Shown: piece by piece, positions 26,573 to 37,106 of the stretch
Numbering within the stretch: position 1 is the first letter of the stretch
Layout: each line of letters starts with the position of its first letter
DNA from: Tubulanus polymorphus
Lineage: Eukaryota > Animalia > Nemertea
Length of the DNA stretch: 64,000 nt
Assembly (NCBI RefSeq): GCF_964204645.1
Contig: NC_134029.1
Location: 17,292,950-17,356,949, forward strand
Reading direction: 5' to 3'
Notes under the pieces: model-generated
What the model was told of the DNA's origin: nothing
What the model saw: the letters and a program-made list of their open reading frames with translations, nothing else
Databases searched by the model: none
Program-made: the position numbers and the translations under genes

Positions 26573-27151
26573 ATGAATATAACTGTTGGACCGAGTATAT
26601 GTTTTGGGTTTGATTTTAAACGTGAGAAAGAAATGAAATTTAACGTTAATGATGTAATTACACATATCAAAAATATTACATTTTCTAATGAAACAACATT
26701 TGAGTATGAAACAACAATAAATAAAGAAACTTTAAATGTAGAAAAGATTACTAATTTAATTAGAGAATCTTTAAGATTTTATGAATTAGATGAAGATTTT
26801 ATTATAGATGATATTAAAAAAATAATAATTGAAATATATACAAATGAAACTTGTAATGAAATAAATGTTGAAATAATCATAAATAAGTTAACTAAATATT
26901 TTGATGATAGTAATTTTTTTGATAAATCAATGAGTGATAATAAGTGGATAATAACTGGATTATATAATGGAGCATTACTATCAGTTGGAACTGTTGGTTA
27001 TTCAATGGTATTAAAAAAAGTATTCAAAATGGGAAGTGTTAATGTTGATAGATTTGATATCAATGATATTTTAAAATTAACATTAGCAGTTACTTCATCT
27101 AATTTAACTATTGATTATTTAGAAAAACAAAAATATATTCCTCCCATATAA
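26573..27151 (+). CDS. Polinton hypothetical protein; probably two genes fused (second begins MSDNKW at ~26930)
   Basis: Copy 2 has a stop and restart (GATAAA-TAAATG) where this copy reads GATAAA-TCAATG. Confidence 0.6.
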   Translation: MNITVGPSICFGFDFKREKEMKFNVNDVITHIKNITFSNETTFEYETTINKETLNVEKITNLIRESLRFYELDEDFIIDDIKKIIIEIYTNETCNEINVEIIINKLTKYFDDSNFFDKSMSDNKWIITGLYNGALLSVGTVGYSMVLKKVFKMGSVNVDRFDINDILKLTLAVTSSNLTIDYLEKQKYIPPI

Positions 27152-27175
27152 ATGCATAATTATTTTACTAAATAA

Positions 27176-27598
27176 ATGGCTTCTGCAGTTATAACTATTA
27201 TAGGATCGGCAATTGTTAACGCTTTAGCATTTACTGGTGGTGGTTATTTATTCAAACATATTGATAAAAATGGTTCATTATCAGAACAAAAAAGACATAA
27301 CTTAGCATTAGAAAAATACAATAAAGCAGCAGAAGAATATAGAGAAAAGAGGCAAAACTATATGGATTATATTAACAAAGAATTATATGATCAGAAGATT
27401 TCACAAAGAGATTTTCAATCAGTTGATGATGCAATGAGTTTATATAACGCGGTAACAAATAAAGAAAAATTACATCTACATAAACCTACAATATCAGATT
27501 ATTATACCCCGAGTAAAGAACAACAGAAATATGAAATAATATGGATTTTAGGTGGAACTGTTATTGTTATATTTGTAGCATATAAATTTACTAATTAG
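27176..27598 (+). CDS. Polinton membrane protein (hydrophobic N-terminus, coiled coil, C-terminal TM)
   Basis: MASAVITIIGSAIVNALAFTGG..EQKRHNLALEK..IIWILGGTVIVIFVAY; homolog in copy 2. Confidence 0.7.
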   Translation: MASAVITIIGSAIVNALAFTGGGYLFKHIDKNGSLSEQKRHNLALEKYNKAAEEYREKRQNYMDYINKELYDQKISQRDFQSVDDAMSLYNAVTNKEKLHLHKPTISDYYTPSKEQQKYEIIWILGGTVIVIFVAYKFTN

Positions 27599-27618
27599 TA
27601 ATTTTTTTTGCTAAATAA

Positions 27619-28053
27619 ATGTAAGATAAAGTTGATAATATTGATATTATTCCTCATGATATAAATAAAACTAAATTAAAAATATATTTAGAAAAACAAA
27701 TATTAGAATTTGAAAGTGACTTAAAAGTTAAAAAGAAAAAATATTTAAAAAGTAAAATTATATATTATCTTATTATTAGTGGTTCGGTTACAATTAGTTC
27801 TGTAATAACATTTCTAGCAATATTCAGTCCATTAACACTTTTAGCTATATCAATTGGTGTATTAGGATTAAGTTCAAGTGTTTTAACCGGTATAAGTTCA
27901 AAATTGAATATAAAAAGTAATAAAGAAAAAATTAAAACTAATATCAAAGAAATTAATAAATTAAAGAATACGTTAGATTATATAATGAGTTTAAATGGTC
28001 ATATAACAGTTGAAGAACAAGATAAATTATTAAAAGAATTAATCAATTATTAA
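27619..28053 (+). pseudogene. Polinton two-TM protein with a stop at codon 2
   Basis: ATG-TAA-GAT here versus ATG-GAT-GAT in copy 2 (41093, -). Rest of the frame is open with two hydrophobic helices. Confidence 0.65.
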
Positions 28054-28069
28054 TTTTTTAATTATATAA

Positions 28070-29371
28070 ATGGGGTTTCCAAAAGCTTTCCAATATAATA
28101 AATCAATCAAATATAATATTCCTGCAATAGATTTTAAAAAAAATATTACATATAAAAATTTAGTTTTAAATTCATTAACTAATTTAGAAATTTATGTTTC
28201 TGAATCACAGTTTTTTATTTCTAAAATGGAAAATATATTTAATACATATGAAGTTACTTTTACTCGAGATGAATATCATATATATAAAGTAAAATCTAAT
28301 ATGAAGTATTGGCAGAACCAATTAGATTTTGCTGTTTATTGTGCAACAACAGGTTGTGGAATAAGTTGGAATGATCATTTAAATAACTTAGATAAAAATT
28401 TGAAGTATTCTGATTTAAAATTAATTCACACAATATTTAGATTTCACACATATTTTCAAATCAGAATAATATTAAATGAATTAGAATGTCCTTTACCCGG
28501 GTCTAAATATTTTAAAGAATTGGATAATAATATTAATCTATCTAAGTTTTATGAAATATGTAATGAATTTAATATAAATATTAATTCCGATTTTAGAGCG
28601 CATGGTAAATTGCAAGGTGTTGGGGAAAAGTATGAAATAAAAAGAATTGATTATATGCATAGAATTGGAGCTTATCATAATTATAAAATTGATAATAATA
28701 ATGGTTGGGTTAATTTCATTTTAGAAAATGGTGAAGGTTTTACAAAATCAGGTATACAAAGAATAAATCAATCTATTAGAACTTATTTGATATGTATTTT
28801 AGGTGCACAAGTTGAAACAAGATCACCAATAGTTGGAAATGATAACATTTCATTCGATGCGCAGAAACAATTCAAAGTATTATTTGAAGATTCAATTCAT
28901 AATGATAAAAATAGATCGATTCCAGAAAACATTGTAAGATATCAAAATTATTTAGATAAATCACATATTAGATTAAATTATTGTATAGGCCCTAATCTAT
29001 TAATTATTTCTAATGATTTAGTATTAAAGATGGGAAATATAATTGGTTATAATAATCTAATTAAAACTGCAACAATAAATAATTCATTTGGATTGAATGA
29101 TATAAATAAAAAGATTATTACCGCTCCAAAATTTATGGAAGGTGAAAAAAATAAAAAACATATTCAATCAACAGAAACTAAAACTAAGAATATTAAATTA
29201 AATAATGATTCTAAAATAAAAGATTACAATACATCAGAAAATATAAAAACTGATAATATTCAACATGATATAATTAAACTAAATGATGATAATAAATCCC
29301 ATGAAAATACTAAATTAGCTTTAACTTGTATAGGAATTGTTATAGGAGGAATATTATATTTTAAATTTTAA
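28070..29371 (+). CDS. Polinton hypothetical protein with C-terminal TM anchor
   Basis: Intact 433-aa ORF; WQNQLDFAVYCATTGCGISW conserved in copy 2; hydrophobic C-terminus. Confidence 0.7.
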   Translation: MGFPKAFQYNKSIKYNIPAIDFKKNITYKNLVLNSLTNLEIYVSESQFFISKMENIFNTYEVTFTRDEYHIYKVKSNMKYWQNQLDFAVYCATTGCGISWNDHLNNLDKNLKYSDLKLIHTIFRFHTYFQIRIILNELECPLPGSKYFKELDNNINLSKFYEICNEFNININSDFRAHGKLQGVGEKYEIKRIDYMHRIGAYHNYKIDNNNGWVNFILENGEGFTKSGIQRINQSIRTYLICILGAQVETRSPIVGNDNISFDAQKQFKVLFEDSIHNDKNRSIPENIVRYQNYLDKSHIRLNYCIGPNLLIISNDLVLKMGNIIGYNNLIKTATINNSFGLNDINKKIITAPKFMEGEKNKKHIQSTETKTKNIKLNNDSKIKDYNTSENIKTDNIQHDIIKLNDDNKSHENTKLALTCIGIVIGGILYFKF

Positions 29372-29386
29372 TTTTTTATTATGTAA

Positions 29387-30835
29387 ATGGCAGAAGGTGG
29401 AGAAGATTATGAAATGGAAGGCATGGGAAATAATAATGAAGGATATATTGATGATGATTATAATGATGCAGAAACTAATATTGATGATGGTAATGAATCA
29501 GCATATAATTCTAATTTAGCAGATAGTGGTTCTAAAGGCCCATCAACAGAGGAATTTGATAGAAGAACTAGATCGAGAATAAATCCTGAAAATGAAAATC
29601 CAGATTTAGTAAAACAAAATTTAGAATATAATGAATATATTTATAATTTCAAACCTATATTTGAAAGATCAGGATATAATATCAATGGCAGAGGTGCTAG
29701 ATATTTAGTAAGAGAATTAAAATCATTAGATGGTGAATATTATTATCATTTGAAAGATGATTATTATATTGATATCTCTTATAAAAAACAAAACAAAATA
29801 TTAGCAGAATCAACTTTGCTTAAGTTAGACCTATCTAGAATTAAAAGAATAAGAAATAGTAATGAAATAGAAGATGTAACACAAGAAGAAATTATTAAAA
29901 ATGAAAGAGTATTTAAACAAAGAATTAATGCATTATTTGAAACAATCGATAATAATTTAGAAACAGAAACAACTTCTGAACAGAATATAACTTCCAAAAC
30001 TAGTAAACCTAATTCAAGAGGAGTTCAAACTGAAAAACTTTTACCAAATCGATTACTTGATGCCACAAAACAAGAATTAGAAGATTTAAATATATTTTCT
30101 GATAAAGCAATTAGAGAAATTATTAGTATACAAATTAAAGCTGATAAATTCGCGCATGATAAAAGTATAAGAGATTTAAAAATTAGAACTTTAGAAGATG
30201 AATTATTTAAATCAAGAAAAGAATCGGAACCACTAAAATTAGATAGAGATAATAAAGTTATTGAAGAAATCGAATTTAAAAAAAGAAATGCGTATTTAGA
30301 AAAAGAAATTGATAATTTAGAATATAACATAGAATTTCAGAAAGAAGAAATTAAATTATTAAAAAAATCATATGATTATTGTATTAATAGATTAAAAGTT
30401 GTTGTTAAAGATTTAATAATTAAACCAAATTCTGAAATATCATTGAAAGATAGAATAAAATTCTTATTTAAGTTTGAAGGAATCACAATTCTTTCAATTC
30501 TAACAGCAGTAACTATGGTATTTACAACAATAGGTTTAGCTATATCAAATTCACTGAAATCTACTCCTACTCCCAATAAACCGGATAAACCCCCGAATGA
30601 TAATAATTCTATACAAGATAAAGTTAAGGATGGTTTAAAGAAATTAGCAAAATATTTATGGGAACTATCTAAAAAATCTGCTGCAGCTTTACCCGGAGTT
30701 ATTGCATCAATTGTTGGTTTTATATTGAAATCTGGGAATATTCTAAACTTTGCTGCTGAACATATTATTTTATTTTTAATTACAGTTGTAAGTGCAATTA
30801 TTTTTTGGTTAGTGAATATGATAAAAAATAAATAA
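29387..30835 (+). CDS. Polinton coiled-coil membrane protein
   Basis: Acidic N-terminus, long heptad region, two hydrophobic C-terminal segments; homologs at ~6400-7250 and ~38110-38960. Confidence 0.7.
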   Translation: MAEGGEDYEMEGMGNNNEGYIDDDYNDAETNIDDGNESAYNSNLADSGSKGPSTEEFDRRTRSRINPENENPDLVKQNLEYNEYIYNFKPIFERSGYNINGRGARYLVRELKSLDGEYYYHLKDDYYIDISYKKQNKILAESTLLKLDLSRIKRIRNSNEIEDVTQEEIIKNERVFKQRINALFETIDNNLETETTSEQNITSKTSKPNSRGVQTEKLLPNRLLDATKQELEDLNIFSDKAIREIISIQIKADKFAHDKSIRDLKIRTLEDELFKSRKESEPLKLDRDNKVIEEIEFKKRNAYLEKEIDNLEYNIEFQKEEIKLLKKSYDYCINRLKVVVKDLIIKPNSEISLKDRIKFLFKFEGITILSILTAVTMVFTTIGLAISNSLKSTPTPNKPDKPPNDNNSIQDKVKDGLKKLAKYLWELSKKSAAALPGVIASIVGFILKSGNILNFAAEHIILFLITVVSAIIFWLVNMIKNK

Positions 30836-30855
30836 TTAATTTTTTTGTTAAATAA

Positions 30856-32391
30856 ATGAGTGGGAGTTATATCAATCCTTCTAAGAATCATAGAATATCT
30901 AATGCTATTAAAGCAGAAAGATCACATCATATAATTACTCATAACCCTTCTAATATTAATCCCGATGAAACTTTATATGTTAGAATTCCGAGATTAACAC
31001 AAAATATTTTTTATGTTCCAAATAGTATTTATTTATCAGCCGATATAAAAGTAACCGGTAATAATAATAATTATGTTGTTGATAATGTTGGAAGATATTT
31101 GATTAAAAAATTAACTATAAAGATTGGTCCAGTAACAGTTTTCTCATTAGATGATTATAATTTATTTATGCATTATAAAGATTTATGGTTAAGTAAAGAA
31201 AATAGAAATAATATGATATTTCAAGGAATCCAATCAGAAAACCAAAATAAATTAAGATCAGAAGCACATAATGCAATATTAACTAATGCTGTAGATAAAT
31301 TGATAAAAAGTATATATGGAAGCAAATATAAAATTCCATTAGACTTTGAATTGATAAATAACAATGCACCTTTATATAAATACGCAATTCAAGAAGACGT
31401 TATATTCGAAATAACATTTGCTCCTGTTAATGAAGTTGCAATATCTAGCGTTAATAAAGATATGAGTTATAAATTATCGAATATATGTTTAGAATATGAT
31501 ACAGTAACTGATGAAAATATTGCAAGTATAATTCAAACTCAATTCAATCAAGGATTTTCATTATTATATGATTATATTGATAAATTTAAAACTGTAACTA
31601 TTAATGCAAATGATGAAATAATTAATGAGAATATTAACTTCCCAAGAAGATCTATTAACCCTTTCAGTGCGTCTACACCGCAGTGCGGTGTATAAATCAG
31701 TGATGGATTTTGCTAGTACACCGCACTGCGGTGTATTGATGTAATTAGTAATTTGTAATTATCTCTATTGAAAAATGGCAGCAAGTGGCAAACATAGTGA
31801 AATACTAGTAACTAACGATACACCGCACTGCGGTGTAGACGCACTATAGTGGTATTCCCATTGTTCAACACACTAGGGTGGAATTTTTAGAATTTTCAAA
31901 TTTTCTCTAGCACTATAGGGTATTAATTAGTCAGCACTGAAAGGGTTAAAGGTGTATTAATATTTTTTACATTGCAACATATACTAATGGCGCAATAAAT
32001 GTTGATAATTATTATAATCCTGAAATAACAAAAGTAGAAATAACTATCGAAGGAATAGCAAATAAAATATTTTGTCAAGGAATGAGAATGATTGATCAAT
32101 GGCCAGAAATTAGAAAACATTTTATGAATGAAAAAGTGAAATCATCTGAAAATTGTAATATTAATCAAATTGATTATTATACCGGTAATAAATATGCATT
32201 ATGGTTAGATTTTAGAACAACAGAGGATAATTTATTACATGGTTCTGGAAAAAAACTACAGAACACTAAAGATGGATCAAATTATTCATGACAAAGAATA
32301 AAGGAATCAAAAATTTCAAAATGCACATTTATATCATATCTGACGCACAATTAAATATTGTAAATTCACAATTAGATAGTGTTATGTATTA
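30856..32391 (+). pseudogene. Major capsid protein (double jelly-roll, inferred), disrupted by a MITE and frameshifts
   Basis: NPSNINPDETLYVRIP, NVGR.LIKKL, SNICLEYD, INENINFPRRS|IKGVLIFF, ALWLDFRT. Size and position fit a Polinton MCP. Confidence 0.75.
31659..31945. mobile_element. piggyBac-type MITE
   Basis: TTAA TSDs at 31655-31658 and 31946-31949; TIRs ccctttcagtgc/gcactgaaaggg; internal tacaccgcactgcggtgta palindromes. Confidence 0.9.
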
Positions 32392-32424
32392 AAATTTTAA
32401 CTTTAATAAAAATTTATTATATAA

Positions 32425-33315
32425 ATGGAAGGAGGTAAAGTATATAAACATATTCCATACATCGATACACATGAAAATAATGATGGTTTATATTATGTAA
32501 TACCTTGTAATATAGCTTTGATATTTGATCCTATTTTCAAAATTTATAAAACTAAACTAATAGAAATCGATAATAATAAAAGTGAAGTTGTTGATAATTT
32601 AAGTAATGTAATACCTTCTACATCTAATAATGTAATACCTTCTACATCTAATAATGTAATACCTTCTACATCTAATAATGTAATACCTTCTACATCTAAT
32701 AATGTAATACCTACTACATCTAATAATGTAATACCTTCTACATCTAATAATGTAATACCTTCTACATCTAATAATGTAATACCTTCTACATCAAATAATG
32801 AAATAATATTAAATGTTAGTGAAAATAGAAATTATTGTGGATATTGTAAAAGTGAATTTTCAAACGCTACGTCAAATTGGAATAAACATATGAATACAAG
32901 GGTACATATAAATAATGTTATAGAACGTGTTGGTTTAAAAGAATTTATAGAACACCCATTTAGATATGTTACAAAGTTTGTTTCAAATCAAAAAGTAAAT
33001 GGTGAAAAAATATATGAAGATATATTATTAGCAACACCTAATAAAGATGAATTAGATCTAACCGATGCTAATGAAATATTAGGATCAAACACTGTAAATG
33101 AAATATTAGGAGCAAACACTAATAAAGATTCTATGAAACATAAAGTAGAAAATAATGATAAATTTGATTGGATGAATAAGCATAACTATGAAAAAACTAT
33201 TAATGATGCGGTAAAAAGGATGAAGAATAAGTATAAAAATAATAAAGAATTTGAAGAAGAAAATTCGGTAGAGAATTTGAATAAATTGTTAGGGTCTGAT
33301 AGTGAAAGTGATTAA
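32425..33315 (+). CDS. Polinton protein with a C2H2 finger and (NNVIPSTS)n repeat
   Basis: Intact ORF; YCGYC..WNKHMNTRVH; 24-bp tandem repeats. Confidence 0.7.
   Translation: MEGGKVYKHIPYIDTHENNDGLYYVIPCNIALIFDPIFKIYKTKLIEIDNNKSEVVDNLSNVIPSTSNNVIPSTSNNVIPSTSNNVIPSTSNNVIPTTSNNVIPSTSNNVIPSTSNNVIPSTSNNEIILNVSENRNYCGYCKSEFSNATSNWNKHMNTRVHINNVIERVGLKEFIEHPFRYVTKFVSNQKVNGEKIYEDILLATPNKDELDLTDANEILGSNTVNEILGANTNKDSMKHKVENNDKFDWMNKHNYEKTINDAVKRMKNKYKNNKEFEEENSVENLNKLLGSDSESD
32605..32800 (+). repeat. 24-bp coding tandem repeat, about 8 copies
   Basis: aataatgtaataccttctacatct repeated. Confidence 0.95.
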
Positions 33316-33714
33316 AATATTAATTATATTTAACACAAATAATAATATTGGTTGAAAATTGTATAAAATAATAGTAAATAAAAAAGGTGGTTTTAAGTAT
33401 TTAAGGTATTTAAGGTATATAATACATATCTAATACAATCTAATACAATCTAATACATAAAATATCTTATTTTATAAACTGATATTCATATGGAAATTGA
33501 AACCTCCGTAATAATAAATAACCTTTATTATTTTCAAACTTATTCATATATTAGTTGAAAAAATAAAAATAAATTGGTTGAAAATTGTATAAATAATATT
33601 TATTTAAAAAAAAGGGGGTTTTAAGTATTTAAGGTATCTAATAGGGCATCAGGTATTAGGGTATCTAATGGGGTATCAGGTATTAGGGTATCTAATACAT
33701 AGGTATACAAATAG

Positions 33715-34326
33715 TTATTTTATAAATTTATATTCATAGGGAAATTGTAATCTCAGTAATAATTTTGAGCCTTTATTATTCTTTAATTTATTCATATATT
33801 CATCATGTAATTCAGTAGGTATAATTTGATTTTCTTCCAATGATTGTTGCATAGATTTTTTATCTTTGTTATAAAATAAAACTAGAAATCTTATATTCTC
33901 CCTAAAGTCTATAACAATTGAATTATATTTTTGATTTAAAACCCATGTTGTTATCCCGAAATGTCTCCCAGAGAAAGCTAGATAACATAACTCACTTTCT
34001 CTAACTTTTGAATCATGTAAATTAGCGCAATCATCTACAATGAATAATGTATTTGATCCTTTATAAGTATCAATTGCTATTTTTATACAATTATCTAAAT
34101 TTTCTTTTACTGTTTTAGGATCTAATATAATAAACTTTTTCATCTTAACTATATCTCTATTATATGTTTTATTCATTTCATAAGTAGGACAAAATAATAT
34201 TATGTTATCAAAATGATTCTTATAAATAGTTTCTAACAAGTCTAATATGAAATGTGTTTTACCACAATTGGTTACACCTGTAACTAACATATTATGCGGT
34301 TCAAATATAAATAAATCTTTATTCAT
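33715..34326 (-). CDS. A32/FtsK-like DNA packaging ATPase
   Basis: Walker A GVTNCGKT, Walker B FIVDD, SGRH arginine-finger motif, LNQ. Confidence 0.92.
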   Translation of the reverse strand: MNKDLFIFEPHNMLVTGVTNCGKTHFILDLLETIYKNHFDNIILFCPTYEMNKTYNRDIVKMKKFIILDPKTVKENLDNCIKIAIDTYKGSNTLFIVDDCANLHDSKVRESELCYLAFSGRHFGITTWVLNQKYNSIVIDFRENIRFLVLFYNKDKKSMQQSLEENQIIPTELHDEYMNKLKNNKGSKLLLRLQFPYEYKFIK

Positions 34327-35415
34327 TTATTCTTTTAATTTTACTAGATAAAATCCATTCATTAAATTTATCATCATATCCTTTATATTTCACCAAAGAA
34401 TACTTTTTTCCTATAAGAGTTTTTGTTTTCAATACTTTTTCTATTTTGTATTCTATTTCATCTGGATTTGGTACAAGTGATAATTCTTGTTCATGGAAAT
34501 AACCTAATATTTCTTCATCTCTTAGATCTTCTAGTTTATAAACAAAAGGTTTAGTTAATATTATCTTTTTAATTTTAAATATTTCTTCAGTAAAATTAGG
34601 GGTATAACCTTTATAAAAGGTTTTTCTATATTTAGATATTCTAACGTGTTGTCCAATTTTGAATCTAGGTTCACCGAAATCATGTGTAACAAACGCGCCA
34701 TATAAATTATTCCAAACTATTTCTGAATTATCTTCTTTTCTAGCTTGTATAGGTTTCATATTTATAGAACTATGTTTAGAATTATTATAACCTTTCACTA
34801 AATCATCTAACACATCGATATATTTATATGTTTCATTAGCAGTAAAGTATTTCCACATTCTAGTTTTCAATGTTTTATTAAATCTTTCTATAATAGATGC
34901 TTTTTATCTGAATGTGTTGAAAAATATTTTACATCGTTATCAGATAATAGTTTTTTAAAATGTTTATTATAAAATTCCTTACCTTCATCAAATTGTATCT
35001 TATCTGGAATAGCTTCTTTAAATATAGATTTAAAAGCATTTGTAACTTCTATACCAGTTTTATTTTTGATTGGAATTGACCATGCGTATCGACTGAATAT
35101 GTATATAACATTCAGTATCCAGAAATATCCTTTGTTGTATTCCTCTAAGTTCTTCATGTCAATTAAATCAGCTTGCCATTGTTGATCGATATATGAAACC
35201 ATAACTTTTCTTGTTAAATAAGTTTTATCCATTTTCTTGTGGATTTGATATGTGGGTTGGTTTTGTAGCCATAATCTTAATTCACTATATTTTATATCAC
35301 CGGCACCATTTTCTTTATCAGATTTTATTTTATCCCATAATTCTGATATACTAGAATATGATACTTCACTTTCTGGGTTATAATATAAATCTCTTAAATA
35401 TTGTTCTTTTTTCAT
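34319..35415 (-). pseudogene. Retroviral-like (RVE) integrase with C-terminal chromodomain, frameshift at ~34890
   Basis: WQADLIDM, QFDEGKEF, ASIIERFNKTLK, YNNSKHSSI, FYKGYTPNFTEE, LVKYKGY..FNEWI. Confidence 0.92.
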
Positions 35416-35421
35416 CTTATT

Positions 35422-35789
35422 TTAATCCATTAATAATAATCTTGGTTTATTTTCAATGACTTTATCATTTGATTTATTTTCTGGTATAATAGGTTTATAA
35501 TCATTGGAATCATCTTTATCATCAGATTTGAATTTTGATTTATATATTACACCGGATAATATAATAACTGTTACTAATCCAATTGTAATATATAATTTAT
35601 AATTACTTCCAGCATTAGAAGAATCAGATGGATTATTACTTGAATCAATATCAGATAAAGTCTGTGATTCATTTATATCAGTTAATTTCTTTTTCTTAGC
35701 TTTTTTTAATTCTGAAGATCTTTTACCTAATTCTCTTGCCCATTTAATTTTTTTCCGGATTTGGGCTTTTTCTTAACGCCATCACTCAT
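35422..35789 (-). pseudogene. Small Polinton membrane protein, frameshifted
   Basis: Starts at ATAAATG; KWARELGKRS; TM-like YITIGLVTVIILSGVIY. Confidence 0.5.
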
Positions 35790-36383
35790 TTATTTTAGTT
35801 AATTTTTGTTCTGATTTATTTTCTGTTTCGACGTTTGGTTGTAGTACATCTGTTTCGTTCTTACCTGATTTATATTCCATAGGCTTGATGTTCGAAAATG
35901 TTATGACACCAGTAGAATTAATGTCATAACCGATCCTAATTGAAATGAAGCATAACCAACCCATTTTTGTAATTCAGTCATAACTAAGTAGTCATTTTTC
36001 AAATCACTATATAATTTATTTTCATCGTCAATTGGTATTAACTGGTTACATAACTTAGAATAACATTTAACAATACCATCTGAAATAGAATCATTTATTC
36101 GGGCTAATCTTGCCTCTTCATAAATCTTAAAATATTTTATTACTTTATCTGGTTTCATAGCATCTAATTCTTGAAAAGTAAAAATTCTATTTAAAAACTC
36201 TTTAGTTTTTCCACCGGCAATCAATAGTTCTAGATGATGCTTACAATATAAATAGTATTCATAATCTATATTACAATTAACTTGAGCACAATTAGTTACA
36301 ACTGTATCTTTATTATCACTTATACCCAAATCATCTAATGTCTTTTCAATATCAATACTATTCTTATTAGATTTCTTTGACAT
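35782..36383 (-). CDS. Polinton hypothetical protein (probable frameshift near 35920)
   Basis: 160-aa ORF from ATAAATG, continuing in the adjacent frame to 35782. Confidence 0.55.
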
Positions 36384-36760
36384 TTATATTAGAGAAATTT
36401 AATAAGAAAAATATTATAAGTATTATAAAATGATACCAGTATCTCTTTAGATTAATACTAGTTAGTTAAAGGTAAAGAATTTTAGTATTAGTTATTGTTT
36501 TTACAAATAAATAACAGGGACCATCCCTATTTTAAGATCAAAAATTGAGTTTTAGAGAAAGAATCTATAACTTCGATCATAGCAGACATCATCAATGATT
36601 TGCCAGTATCAGATAATATGACTGCGCTTTGAATCATTTCCTCATATAGATTTCTTCTCCGAGCGTGGAGATGATTGCTCGTAGATTTCATCAAATGGAC
36701 GCAGCAATTGCTAAACATCATTACTAATGGGACAGGCGGATTTTTCATCCGTAGTTTTAC

Positions 36761-36901
36761 CAATGTTGTTCTCCAGTGTATGGTCATCATCAGCACCGGT
36801 GTCACTAGATGGTGTGCCATTGTCATTGATAGTCCAATTAGCCGTCGTTCCCACGTCTGACCACAAGTTATAATTACCGTGCTCAAACTCCGTACCGATC
36901 C
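36761..36901 (-). CDS. Isolated exon encoding the N-terminal part of a MAM domain
   Basis: tttttcacag acceptor and gtaaaa donor, 141 bp, phase 1-1; FEHGNYNLW..WT..GTPSSDTGADDDHT. Confidence 0.7.
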
Positions 36902-37106
36902 CTGTGAAAAAAAGGCAATATCCATTCTGTCAAAGTGACTAGATTGAAGTGTAGCAACAAGTTTTTTGAAGTATGCTGATTACAGTATATTTGAAGAATG
37001 GTGATAAAGTGGAGTAACTACTGCCAAAAGGGTTGGAGGATGTAGAATCTATTGAAGTATGAACGATAAAAATCACACAAGAATTATGATATCAAATACC
37101 TTAGGG

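Larger units (their letters stand above)
20939..36510 (+). mobile_element. Polinton/Maverick (adintovirus-like) endogenous viral element, copy 1
   Basis: Starts 5'-AGT. Contains pPolB, penton, major capsid, A32 ATPase and integrase-chromodomain. Very AT-rich, intronless, tightly packed ORFs. Right boundary approximate because no matching TIR is seen. Confidence 0.93.

Noticed and set aside
29779-30891. Antisense ORFs over Polinton genes
   Set aside because: Shadow frames of AT-rich coding sequence with no independent signal.
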